Positions 17,636 through 26,618 of a stretch of 64,000 bases of DNA are shown here, piece after piece. The DNA comes from Candidatus Calidihabitans tengchongensis (GTDB taxonomy: Bacteria; Sysuimicrobiota; Sysuimicrobiia; Sysuimicrobiales; Kaftiobacteriaceae), in contig JAVKIE010000009.1 in NCBI GenBank assembly GCA_031459615.1, forward strand, positions 8,291-72,290, given 5' to 3'. The notes beneath the pieces were generated by a model. The model searched no databases. It was not told the origin of the DNA and worked only from the letters and a program-made list of their open reading frames with translations. The stretch's first letter is position 1. Each line of letters starts with the position of its first letter. A program made the position numbers and the translations under genes.

Positions 17636-18562
17636 GTGGACCTGCGGGGCCGCGACCTGGTCAGCATGGACGACCTCTCCCCCGAGGAGGTGGCCTGGAT
17701 CCTCGACACCGCGGCCGACCTCAAGCGCCGGCGCGGGTCGCCCGACCACCCGCGGCCTCTGGCGGGCAAGGTGCTGGCCATGATCTTCGAAAAGCCCTCC
17801 CTGCGCACGCGGGTCACGTTCGAGGTGGCCATGCTGGAGCTGGGCGGGCACGCCGTGTACCTGGGCCCCCAGGACATCCAGATGGGGGTCCGGGAGAGCG
17901 TGCCCGACGTGGCCCGCAACCTCAGCCGCTGGGTGCACGGGATCATGGCCCGCACCTTCAGCCACCGCACGGTGGAGGTGCTGGCCGAACACGCCGCGGT
18001 GCCCGTGATCAACGGCCTGTCGGACCGGGAGCACCCCTGCCAGACCCTGGGAGACCTGCTCACCATCCGGGAGCGGTTCGGCCGTCTGGACGGCCTGCGG
18101 GTGGCCTGGGTGGGCGACGGCAACAACGTGTGCCACTCGCTGCTGCTGGGCGCCGCCAAGGTGGGCCTGTCGGTGACGGTGGCCACCCCGCCCGCGTATG
18201 CGCCCGACCCCGCCATCGTCTCCCGGGCCCGGCAGATCGCCACCCGGACGGGAGCGCGCCTGGAGGTGGGCACCGATCCCCAGGCGGCCGTCCGCGGGGC
18301 CGACGTGATCTATACCGACGTCTGGGTGAGCATGGGCCAGGAGGACCAGCGGGCGGGTAAGCTCGCTGCCTTCGCCGGCTACCAGGTGAACGCGGCCCTG
18401 GTGGCGCTGGCGGCTTCTCACGGGGTGGTCATGCACTGCCTGCCGGCCCACCGGGGGGAGGAGATCACCGACGACGTGCTGGACGGCCCCCGCTCGGTGG
18501 TCCTGGACCAGGCCGAAAACCGCCTGCACGCCCAGAAGGCGCTGCTGGCCCTGGTGCTGTGA
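17636..18562 (+). CDS. argF: Ornithine carbamoyltransferase.
   Basis: SLRTR, HPCQ, GDGNNV and HCLP motifs are all present. The GTG start has an upstream GGAGG. Confidence 0.85.
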   Translation: MDLRGRDLVSMDDLSPEEVAWILDTAADLKRRRGSPDHPRPLAGKVLAMIFEKPSLRTRVTFEVAMLELGGHAVYLGPQDIQMGVRESVPDVARNLSRWVHGIMARTFSHRTVEVLAEHAAVPVINGLSDREHPCQTLGDLLTIRERFGRLDGLRVAWVGDGNNVCHSLLLGAAKVGLSVTVATPPAYAPDPAIVSRARQIATRTGARLEVGTDPQAAVRGADVIYTDVWVSMGQEDQRAGKLAAFAGYQVNAALVALAASHGVVMHCLPAHRGEEITDDVLDGPRSVVLDQAENRLHAQKALLALVL

Positions 18563-18572
18563 CGGAGGACCC

Positions 18573-19385
18573 GTGCCGGAGATCCGCCCGCAGGACATCA
18601 TCGACATCCTCATCGTCACCCTGCTGGTCTACCAGCTGCTGCTGCTGATCCGGGGCACCCGGGCGGTGCAGCTGGTCATCGGGCTGGGAATTCTGGTGGC
18701 GGCCTACGCCGTCAGCCGGGCCCTGGGCCTGTACACGCTCCAGTCGGTCCTCCAGTACCTGGGCGTGGTGATCCCCATCGCCCTGCTGGTCATCTTCCAG
18801 CCCGAGCTGCGGCGCATGCTGGAGCAGCTCGGACGCGGCGGCGTGCTCATCAGCGGGCTCACACCCCACGCCCTGGGGCGGGAGGAGCGCATCCGGCTGG
18901 CCAACGACCTGGCCCGGGCCGCGCGCATCCTGGGGCTGCGCAAGATCGGCGCGCTGATCGTCCTGGAGCGGCAGACGGGGCTGGAGGACTTCATCGAGAC
19001 CGGCGTGCGGGTGGATGCGGTGGTCACCGTGCAGCTGCTCATCACCCTGTTCTTCCCCAATTCCCCGCTGCACGACGGGGCGGCCATCATCCGCGGCAAC
19101 CGGGTGGTGGCCGCCGGCTGCCTGCTGCCCCTGTCGGAGAACCCGTCCCTGGCCCGCCTCCTGGGCACGCGCCACCGGGCGGGGGTCGGGATCACCGAGC
19201 AGACCGACGCGGTGAGCCTGATCGTGTCCGAGGAGACCGGGACGATCAGCCTGGCCCGGGAGGGCGAGCTGATCCGGGGACTGTCGGAGGAACAGGTGAA
19301 GGCCGCCCTGCTGGAACTGACGGCGCCCGGCCCGGCGGCCGCCGTGGGCCCGTGGCGGTGGTGGAGGACGATCCGCCGCTCATGA
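18573..19385 (+). CDS. cdaA: Diadenylate cyclase (c-di-AMP synthase) with three N-terminal TM helices and a DAC domain.
   Basis: DAC-domain motifs DGA and RHR (within GTRHRAGVG) are present. The architecture and the downstream cdaR-glmM synteny match cdaA. Confidence 0.9.
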   Translation: MPEIRPQDIIDILIVTLLVYQLLLLIRGTRAVQLVIGLGILVAAYAVSRALGLYTLQSVLQYLGVVIPIALLVIFQPELRRMLEQLGRGGVLISGLTPHALGREERIRLANDLARAARILGLRKIGALIVLERQTGLEDFIETGVRVDAVVTVQLLITLFFPNSPLHDGAAIIRGNRVVAAGCLLPLSENPSLARLLGTRHRAGVGITEQTDAVSLIVSEETGTISLAREGELIRGLSEEQVKAALLELTAPGPAAAVGPWRWWRTIRRS

Positions 19386-20041
19386 AACTGCGCCGCCCTC
19401 TGCTCAGCGAGCAGCAGTTGCTCCTGCTCCTGTCGTTTCTCATCGCGGTGACCTCCTGGTATTATGTGGTGTCCACCCGCCCGCCCCGCGGCCCGCAGGT
19501 CACCTCCAAGGTGGTGGCCGTGATCCCCCGGATCGAGGGCGAGCCGGCCTACGGGTACAGCATGCTGGGCGTCCGGGTCACCCCGCCCACGGTCGTCGTG
19601 ACCGGCGTGGCCGAGCAGCTGGCCGCCCTGGACGCCGTGCGCACCGAGGCCGTGGACGTGACCGGGGCCACCCGGGATGTGGTGCGGGAGGTGGCGGTGG
19701 ACGCGCCGTCGGGAATGGCCCGCCCGGCCCGCGTGCGGGTGGCGGTGCAGGTGGTGCCGGCCATCGCGGCCCGGGTCGTCCCCGGCGTGCGGGTCCGGGT
19801 GCAGAACGTCCCGCCGGGGGTGGTGGCGCGCGTGGAGCCGTCCACCATCGCGGTGCAGGTGCAGGGGCCGGTGGCGGTGGTCAGCCGGCTCCGGCCCGAC
19901 GACCTGGTGGCGGTGGTGGACGGGGCCGACCTGTCCGAGGGGCGCCGGCGGGTGCGGCCCCAGGTGGTGGCGCCCGAGCAGGTGACGGTGGTCGACCTGC
20001 GGCCGGACATGGTGGTGGTGGTCGTCCGCCGGGGAGGATAG
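19382..20041 (+). CDS. cdaR: YbbR-domain regulator of CdaA.
   Basis: ATGA overlap with the cdaA stop. N-terminal TM helix followed by beta-rich YbbR-like repeats. The position between cdaA and glmM is conserved synteny. Confidence 0.7.
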   Translation: MKLRRPLLSEQQLLLLLSFLIAVTSWYYVVSTRPPRGPQVTSKVVAVIPRIEGEPAYGYSMLGVRVTPPTVVVTGVAEQLAALDAVRTEAVDVTGATRDVVREVAVDAPSGMARPARVRVAVQVVPAIAARVVPGVRVRVQNVPPGVVARVEPSTIAVQVQGPVAVVSRLRPDDLVAVVDGADLSEGRRRVRPQVVAPEQVTVVDLRPDMVVVVVRRGG

Positions 20042-20100
20042 CAGGTGCACGGGAGCATGTGCGCGGGCGGGCTGCAGGCGCCCGACCGGTGAGGGGCGCG

Positions 20101-21459
20101 GTGGGCCGTCTGTTCGGAACCGACGGCGTGCGCGGCGTCGCCAACGTGGACCTGACGCCCGAGCTGGCCCTGCGCCTGGGGCGGGCGGCGGCCCACCTGC
20201 TGAGTCCCGCCGGCGGCGGGCAGTTCCTGGTGGGCCGCGACACCCGCCTCAGCGGGCCGATGCTGGAGGCGGCGCTGGTGGCCGCCATCTGCTCGGCCGG
20301 CGGCCAGGCCCTGCGGGGCGGGATCCTGCCCACGCCTGCCGTGGCGTACCTCACCCGGCGGCTGGGGGCGACCGCCGGGGTGGTCATTTCGGCCTCCCAC
20401 AACCCGGTGGAGGACAACGGCATCAAGTTCTTCGGCCGCGACGGCTTCAAGCTGCCCGACGCCGTCGAGGACGCCATCGAGGCCCTGCTGGACTCGCCGG
20501 ACCTGCGGCGGGCCGTGGGCCTGCAGGTCGGGCGCGCCGAGGACATCCCCGAAGCCGCCGACCTCTACGTGGACCACCTGGCGGCCCTGGCCGTCGCCCC
20601 GGCGGCCGGGCTGCGGGTGGTGGTGGACTGCGCTCACGGCGCGGCCTGCCGCACCGTCCCTGCCCTGTGGGAGGCGCTGGGCGCCACGGTGATTCCCATC
20701 AACGACACGCCCGACGGCGCGCGGATCAATGTCCGCTGCGGCTCCACCCACCCCGATGTGGTGGCCCAGGCGGTGCGGGACCGCCGGGCGGACGTGGGAT
20801 TCGCCCACGACGGGGACGCCGACCGGGTCATCGCGGTGGACGAGACCGGCGCCGTGGTGGACGGGGACGGCCTGCTGGCCATTTGCGCCCTCCACCTGCA
20901 CGCCCGGGGACGGCTGCCCGGCGCGCGGGTGGTGGCCACCGTGATGTCCAACCTGGGTCTGGAACGGGCCCTGCGCCGGGCGGGAATCACCCTGGAGCGC
21001 ACCCGGGTCGGTGACCGCTACGTGCTGGAGCGGATGCGCCAGGTCGGGGCGACGGTGGGCGGCGAGCAGAGCGGGCACATCATCTTCCTGGACCACGCCA
21101 CGACCGGCGACGGCGCCCTGACGGCGGTGCAGGTGGTGAACGTGATGCTGCAGACCGGCAAACGTCTGTCGGAACTGGCCGCGGTGGTGGAGCGGCTGCC
21201 CCAGGTCCTGGTCAACGTGGCCGTGGCCGACCGCGCGGCTCTGGACACCCGCCCGGCCATCGCGCGCGCGGTGGCCGATGCGCAGCGGGCGCTGGGCGAG
21301 CGGGGGCGCGTGCTGGTGCGCGCCTCGGGCACCGAGCCCCTGGTGCGGATCATGGTGGAGGCGGAGGACGCCGCCCAGGCCGCGTCCCTGGCCGACCATC
21401 TGGCGGACGTGGTGGCCCGCGAGCTGGGCGGCCGCCGCCTGGAGGCCCCACGGGGTTAG
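20101..21459 (+). CDS. glmM: Phosphoglucosamine mutase.
   Basis: GRLFGTDGVRG and SASHNPVEDNGIKFF are present. Possible alternative start at 20059. Confidence 0.9.
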   Translation: MGRLFGTDGVRGVANVDLTPELALRLGRAAAHLLSPAGGGQFLVGRDTRLSGPMLEAALVAAICSAGGQALRGGILPTPAVAYLTRRLGATAGVVISASHNPVEDNGIKFFGRDGFKLPDAVEDAIEALLDSPDLRRAVGLQVGRAEDIPEAADLYVDHLAALAVAPAAGLRVVVDCAHGAACRTVPALWEALGATVIPINDTPDGARINVRCGSTHPDVVAQAVRDRRADVGFAHDGDADRVIAVDETGAVVDGDGLLAICALHLHARGRLPGARVVATVMSNLGLERALRRAGITLERTRVGDRYVLERMRQVGATVGGEQSGHIIFLDHATTGDGALTAVQVVNVMLQTGKRLSELAAVVERLPQVLVNVAVADRAALDTRPAIARAVADAQRALGERGRVLVRASGTEPLVRIMVEAEDAAQAASLADHLADVVARELGGRRLEAPRG

Positions 21460-21465
21460 CGCCCG

Positions 21466-22272
21466 GTGGCATCGGCCGCGCATCCTCCCGGCCGCGTTCC
21501 CGCCGACCGCGAGCCGCCCGCCTCCGAACTGCTGGGGGTTCGGGTCCACCACGTCACCCTGGACCAGGCGGTGGAGCGGGTGGCCGCCCTGATCGCCTCC
21601 GGCGGCCCGCATCAGGTGGTGACGGTCAACGGGGCGATGCTGGTGGCCGCCGCTCGGGATCCGGCCGTGCGCTCGATCCTGTCGCAGGCGTCGCTGGTGG
21701 TGCCCGACGGGGTCGGCGTGCTGGTGGCGGCGCGGATTCTGGGCCGCCCCCCCTTCGTGCGGGTGCCGGGCGTGGAGCTGGCCGAGCGTCTGTGCGCGGA
21801 GGCGGCCGCCGCCGGCTGGCGCGTGTTCCTGCTGGGGGCGGCGCCGGGGGTCGCCGACGACGCCGCGGAGGCGCTGCGCCGCCGCTATCCGGGCCTGCAG
21901 GTTGCCGGCGTCCACCACGGCTACTTCTCCGACGACGCTCCCGTCCTGGTCCAGATCCGGGCGGCCCGCCCGCACGTGCTGCTGGTCGCCCTGGGGTTTC
22001 CGCGCCAGGAGATGTGGATCGCCCGGCACCGGGCGGCGCTCGGCGTGCCGGTGAGCATGGGCGTGGGGGGGACGCTGGATGTGCTGGCGGGACGCGTGCG
22101 CCGCGCGCCGGCGTGGATGCAGCGGGCCGGGCTGGAGTGGGCGTACCGGATCGCCCGGGAGCCCCGGCGCCGGTGGCGGACGGCGGCGGCGCTCCCGCAC
22201 CTGATGGTGCTGGCGCTGAAGGCGCGGCTGCGCCGGGAGAGGGGAAAAGACCTCAATGGACAGGGATGCTAA
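21466..22272 (+). CDS. WecB/TagA/CpsF-family (GT26) glycosyltransferase, an N-acetylmannosaminyltransferase-like enzyme.
   Basis: LLGVRVHHVTLDQAV ... VVPDGVGVL ... LLGAAPGV ... GFPRQEMWI are family motifs. Confidence 0.8.
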   Translation: MASAAHPPGRVPADREPPASELLGVRVHHVTLDQAVERVAALIASGGPHQVVTVNGAMLVAAARDPAVRSILSQASLVVPDGVGVLVAARILGRPPFVRVPGVELAERLCAEAAAAGWRVFLLGAAPGVADDAAEALRRRYPGLQVAGVHHGYFSDDAPVLVQIRAARPHVLLVALGFPRQEMWIARHRAALGVPVSMGVGGTLDVLAGRVRRAPAWMQRAGLEWAYRIAREPRRRWRTAAALPHLMVLALKARLRRERGKDLNGQGC

Positions 22273-22344
22273 AGTGTGGTCTACTGAGAGGGCCCGCCGG
22301 CACCCGTGCGGGCGGGGGAGGTGAGAGCAAGCCGCAGGTCAGGT

Positions 22345-22610
22345 GCCGCAGCGCCAGGCCCCTGGCGCGGAAGGCGGGTTGTGCGGGGCGGACCGGTGGA
22401 CCAGACGCCCTCGTCCGCAGTCTCACGCCAGGGGTGACGAGGGAGGGGATCTCGGACGGCCCGCCCGGTCATCGGCGTGATGATCCGGGCGGTGACCGCA
22501 TCGGCGGGTGACCCTAGGCCGGTGGTCCCGGCCTGCACCCCTCCGACGCCCGTCGGAGGCAAGGCAGCCGCCAAACCCCGGAGGCAACTCCGGCCCAGAA
22601 GGCTGCCAGG
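22345..22610 (+). ncRNA. Candidate glmS ribozyme (GlcN6P-responsive self-cleaving leader). The boundaries are approximate.
   Basis: It sits in the 456-bp leader of glmS. It has A/GCGCCAG with a local hairpin (ccagg cccc tgg), then GACGAGG and an AUCGGCGGGUGACC segment resembling the conserved core CGGCGGAUGCC. It is longer than the canonical ribozyme, which is a caveat. Confidence 0.5.
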
Positions 22611-22728
22611 ACCAGGTCGCACACACGAATGGATCCCGCGGCGCCGTCGGCGCGCCGCGCGGGTCTTGTGCGGCCGGAGCTGACATCCGGTCTGTCCATT
22701 CGGGGAACAGTGTCCGCAGGAGGGCATC

Positions 22729-24648
22729 ATGTGCGGCATCATGGGATACATCGGCCGGCAGAGCGCGCTGCCGGTCCTGCTGGACGGTTTGAAACGGCTG
22801 GAGTACCGTGGCTACGATTCGGCGGGCGTGGCGGTCCTGGCCGACGGCCGCATCGAGGTGCGCAAGACGGCGGGCAAGCTCAGCCGCCTGGAGGAGATCA
22901 CCCGGCAGCCTCCTCTCCCCGAGGGAACGGTGGGTATCGGCCACACCCGCTGGGCCACCCACGGCCTGCCCACCGACGCCAACGCGCATCCCCACACCGA
23001 CTGTCGCGGGCGGGTGGTGGTGATCCACAACGGGATCATTGAGAACTTCCTCCCCCTCAGGGAGGAGCTGCAGGCGCGGGGCCACACCTTCCGGTCGGAC
23101 ACCGACACCGAGGTGCTGGCCCACCTGATCGAGGAAGAACTGGCGGGGCCGCCCGGGCGGGAGGGCGACGACCCGGCGGGAAGCGGCGCGGCGCCGCCGG
23201 GCACCCGCCAGGCGGTGGTGGACCGCCGCCTCCGCCTTCCCCTGGACGAGGCCGTCCGCCGGGCGGTGGCGCGCACCCGGGGAGCGTACGCCATCGTGGT
23301 GATGAGCGCCGACGCCCCCGACCAGATTGTGGCCGTCCGGCAGATCAGCCCGCTGATCGTGGGGATCGGCCAGGGCGAGACCGTCCTGGCGTCGGACATC
23401 CCGGCGCTGCTGCCCTACACCCGGGACGTGCTGGTGATCGAGGACGGCGAGCTGGCCGTGCTGACGGCGGGCGGCGTGCGCATCCAGCGCCTGGACGGCA
23501 CCCCGGTGCGGCGGCAGCCGGTGCACATCACCTGGGACGCGCAGATGGCCGAGCGGGGAGGCTACCCCCACTTCATGCTCAAGGAGATCTTCGAGCAGCC
23601 GCGGGCCCTGCAGGAGACCATGATGGGCCGGCTGGACGTCCCCGGGGTGGTGGAGCTGGACGGGGTGGGGTACACCGACGCCTTCGTCCGGGACCTGCGC
23701 GCGGTCTGGATCACGGCGTGCGGCACGGCCTACCACGCCGGCCTGGTGGGGCGGTGGCTGATCGAGCACTGGGCGCGGATCCCCGCCGAGCCGGAGCTGG
23801 CCTCCGAACTGCGGTACCGCGATCCGCTCATCGGTCCCCACAGCCTGGCGGTGGCCATCAGCCAGTCGGGAGAGACGGCCGACACCCTGGCGGCGGTGCG
23901 GGAGCTGCGCCGGCGGGGCGCGCGGGTGGTGGCCGTCACCAACGTGGTCGGCAGCACCCTCAGCCGCGAGGCCGACGACGTCCTGTACATCCGGGCCGGC
24001 CCGGAAATCGCCGTGGCCAGCAGCAAGGCATACGTCTCCATGCTGGTGGCTCTGCAGATGCTGGCGCTGGACCTGTCCCTGCGCCGCGGGGTCCTGGCGC
24101 GGGAAGAGGCGCTGGCGCTGGTGGCCGCCATGAAGGCGCTGCCCGCCCAGGCTCAGCAGGTGCTGGACCGGGCGCCGCAGGTGGAGGCGCTGGCCCGCCG
24201 GATCGCGGACCGAGAGCACGTCTTCTTCATCGGGCGGGGCCTGGACTACGCGGTGGCCCTGGAGGGCTCGCTGAAGCTCAAGGAGATCTCCTACGTGCAC
24301 TCCGAGGCTCTGGCCGCCGGCGAGCTCAAGCATGGCACCCTGGCCCTGGTGGCGCCGGGCGTGCCGGTGGTGGCCCTGGCGACCCAGCGGCACGTGTACG
24401 ACAAGACCCTGTCCAACATTGAGGAGGTCAAGGCGCGGGGCGGCGAGGTGATCGCGGTGGCCTACGATGACGACGGCGAGATCGACAAGCACGCCCACAC
24501 CGTGGTGCGGATCCCGCCGACCCGGGACGAGCTGGCGCCGGTGCTGGCCATCATCCCCCTGCAGCTGCTGGCCTACTACGTGGCCCGGGAACGGGGGAAC
24601 GACATCGACCAGCCGCGAAATCTCGCCAAGAGCGTGACCGTGGAGTGA
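22729..24648 (+). CDS. glmS: Glutamine--fructose-6-phosphate aminotransferase.
   Basis: MCGIMGYIG, the N-terminal nucleophile Cys2, followed by SIS domains. Confidence 0.95.
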   Translation: MCGIMGYIGRQSALPVLLDGLKRLEYRGYDSAGVAVLADGRIEVRKTAGKLSRLEEITRQPPLPEGTVGIGHTRWATHGLPTDANAHPHTDCRGRVVVIHNGIIENFLPLREELQARGHTFRSDTDTEVLAHLIEEELAGPPGREGDDPAGSGAAPPGTRQAVVDRRLRLPLDEAVRRAVARTRGAYAIVVMSADAPDQIVAVRQISPLIVGIGQGETVLASDIPALLPYTRDVLVIEDGELAVLTAGGVRIQRLDGTPVRRQPVHITWDAQMAERGGYPHFMLKEIFEQPRALQETMMGRLDVPGVVELDGVGYTDAFVRDLRAVWITACGTAYHAGLVGRWLIEHWARIPAEPELASELRYRDPLIGPHSLAVAISQSGETADTLAAVRELRRRGARVVAVTNVVGSTLSREADDVLYIRAGPEIAVASSKAYVSMLVALQMLALDLSLRRGVLAREEALALVAAMKALPAQAQQVLDRAPQVEALARRIADREHVFFIGRGLDYAVALEGSLKLKEISYVHSEALAAGELKHGTLALVAPGVPVVALATQRHVYDKTLSNIEEVKARGGEVIAVAYDDDGEIDKHAHTVVRIPPTRDELAPVLAIIPLQLLAYYVARERGNDIDQPRNLAKSVTVE

Positions 24649-24657
24649 GGAGGGCCC

Positions 24658-24819
24658 ATGATCGACGAGGAGCTGCTGAAGATCCTGGCCTGCCCGCTGG
24701 ACAAGGCGCCGGTGGAGCTGCGCGGGGACCGCATCGTCTGCACCCGTTGCGGGCGGCGGTACCCGATCCGCGACGGCATTCCGGTCATGCTGATTGACGA
24801 GGCGGAACTGCCTGGATGA
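24658..24819 (+). CDS. Trm112/UPF0434-like zinc-ribbon mini-protein.
   Basis: LACPLDKAPV ... CTRCGRRYPIRDGIPVML is the Trm112-like Cys4 ribbon. Confidence 0.6.
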   Translation: MIDEELLKILACPLDKAPVELRGDRIVCTRCGRRYPIRDGIPVMLIDEAELPG

Positions 24820-24875
24820 CCGCGGCGACCGGGGGTCCGGGCGGCGCGGGTCAGGGGAAAGCGGAAGGAGCGCCG

Positions 24876-25277
24876 ATGGTGGTCTGCGGCGTGGGCGTGG
24901 ACTTGGTGGAGGTCAGGCGCGTGGAGCGCGCCCTGGCCCGGTGGGGCGACGCGTTTGCGCGCCGGGTGTTCACCGCCGCCGAACTGGAGCGCGCCCGCGC
25001 GCCCCGCGCCCGCAGCATGCGCCTGGCGGCGCGGTTTGCCGCCAAGGAGGCGGTCATGAAAGCGCTGGGGTTGGGGTGGAGGACGATGGGGTGGCGGGAG
25101 ATTGAGATCCTCCATGATCCCCTGGGCAAGCCGGTGGTGGCCCTCCACGGACACGCCCGCGCCGCCGCCGACCGGCAGGGCGTGGCCCACGTGCTCGTCA
25201 GCCTCGCTCACACCCGCCACCTGGCCCTGGCCAGCGCGGTCGCCCTCGCCCCGCCCACCCCCGCCTCGATGCCGTAG
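24876..25277 (+). CDS. acpS: Holo-[acyl-carrier-protein] synthase.
   Basis: MVVCGVGVDLVEV...FAAKEAVMKALG. The ATG has an upstream GGAAGGAG. The track ORF starts earlier at 24816. Confidence 0.8.
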   Translation: MVVCGVGVDLVEVRRVERALARWGDAFARRVFTAAELERARAPRARSMRLAARFAAKEAVMKALGLGWRTMGWREIEILHDPLGKPVVALHGHARAAADRQGVAHVLVSLAHTRHLALASAVALAPPTPASMP

Positions 25278-25366
25278 GTCACGTCCCCTGTTGGAGTGAT
25301 CGCCCGATCAGGCGACGTGCCCACGACCTCCCTGCGCGCGAGTATATAGCTTATACGCTCCTGGCT

Positions 25367-25381
25367 CGGTGACTGTCACCG
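25367..25381. promoter_or_regulatory. 15-bp palindrome cGGTGACtGTCACCg (operator candidate), immediately downstream of the only TATATA box in the region at 25343-25348.
   Basis: Perfect 6-bp inverted repeat GGTGAC/GTCACC with a 1-nt spacer. Confidence 0.45.
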
Positions 25382-25453
25382 TGTCTTCCCCCGACCGGGG
25401 GACTTGTCGTTGCCCAGGGGGAGGTGGTGTTCTAAATGGTTGCCCCACGCTGA

Positions 25454-25468
25454 GGGTGACTGTCACCG
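25454..25468. promoter_or_regulatory. Second copy of the same 13/15-bp palindrome, gGGTGACtGTCACCg, 87 bp from the first.
   Basis: The core is identical to the site at 25368-25380. Confidence 0.45.
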
Positions 25469-25549
25469 CGGCGGGGCGGCAGGAGATTCCCGCGGGCGCA
25501 CCGAAAAACCTGGTAAACGTTTTCCACCGGCGGCGCGGGAGGGGAGACG

Positions 25550-26590
25550 GTGGCGACGATCCGGGACGTGGCCCGGCGGGCCGGGGTGTCGGTGGCCACC
25601 GTCTCCCGGGTGGTCAACCACAGCGCCCACCGGGTGAGCCCCCAGACCCGCCGGCGGGTCCTGGAGGCCGTCCGGGCCCTGGGCTACCAGGCGAACGTCA
25701 TCGCCCAGAGCCTGAAAAAGCGGGCCTCCCGCACCGTGGCCCTCATCGTCCCCGACATCAGCAACCCCTTTTTCCCGGCCATCGCCCGCGGCATTGAGGA
25801 CGTCGCCAGCCAGCACGGGTATGCGGTCCTTCTGTGCAACACCTACGAGGACCTCGCCCGGGAGCGCGCCTACCTGGACCTGCTGCGCAAGCGGTGGGTG
25901 GACGGGGTGATCTTTGCCACGGCCGGCACCAACACCGCGCACCTGCGGGCGCTGCGCCGCGAGGGCCGGCCGGTGGTCCTGGTGGCCCGCGACGTGGACG
26001 GGGTGCGCATCGACGCGGTCCTGGTGGACAACTACCACGGGGCCTACGAGGCCACCGCGCACCTGCTGCGGCTGGGCCACCGGCGCATCGCCCACATCGC
26101 CGGACCGGCGTCGGTCCGGGTGGCGCAGGAGCGGCGACGCGGCTACGAGCAGGCGCTTGCCGACGCGGGTCTGCCCCGCGATGGCGCCCTGGTCGGCGAG
26201 GGGGACTTCACCGCCGACGGCGGCCGGCGGGCGGTGGAGGCGTGGCTCCGGCGGCGAGCGGACATCACGGCCATCGTGGCCGCCAACGACCTCATGGCCA
26301 TCGGGGCCCTGGAGGTTCTGCGCGCGGCCGGCCGGCGGGTGCCCGAGGATGTGGCGGTGGTGGGATTTGACGACATCACGTTCGCCTCTCTGGTGTCGCC
26401 GGCTCTGACCACCGTGGCGCAGCCGAAGTACCGCATGGGCCAGCTGGCCATGCAGCGCCTGCTGGAGCTGATGGCCGGAGAGTCCCCGGCGGGCCGGCGC
26501 ATCGTCCTGGAGCCACAGCTGATCGTCCGGGATTCCTGCGGGGCTCGCCGGGCGGTGATCATCCCGCCCGGCGGGAGAACGCGGGCGTGA
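25550..26590 (+). CDS. LacI-family transcriptional regulator.
   Basis: N-terminal HTH ATIRDVARRAGVSVATVSRVVN followed by a periplasmic-binding-protein-like sugar-binding domain. Confidence 0.85.
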   Translation: MATIRDVARRAGVSVATVSRVVNHSAHRVSPQTRRRVLEAVRALGYQANVIAQSLKKRASRTVALIVPDISNPFFPAIARGIEDVASQHGYAVLLCNTYEDLARERAYLDLLRKRWVDGVIFATAGTNTAHLRALRREGRPVVLVARDVDGVRIDAVLVDNYHGAYEATAHLLRLGHRRIAHIAGPASVRVAQERRRGYEQALADAGLPRDGALVGEGDFTADGGRRAVEAWLRRRADITAIVAANDLMAIGALEVLRAAGRRVPEDVAVVGFDDITFASLVSPALTTVAQPKYRMGQLAMQRLLELMAGESPAGRRIVLEPQLIVRDSCGARRAVIIPPGGRTRA

Positions 26591-26618
26591 GCGTGGCGCC
26601 CCACACGGAGGAGGGATC

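Noticed and set aside
19549-22200. An 883-aa ORF antisense to glmM and the TagA-like gene. The same applies to the 1265-aa ORF at 39928-43725 and to many other long reverse-frame ORFs in the track.
   Set aside because: Their products are Arg/Gly/Pro/His-rich low-complexity translations typical of shadow ORFs in 70% GC DNA. The opposite strand carries unmistakable conserved proteins at those positions.
22280-22340. A GC hairpin (cccgccggcac / gtgcgggcggg) after the TagA-like stop, considered as the operon terminator.
   Set aside because: It has one mismatch in the stem and no U-tract. It could equally be part of the 5' flank of the putative glmS ribozyme.
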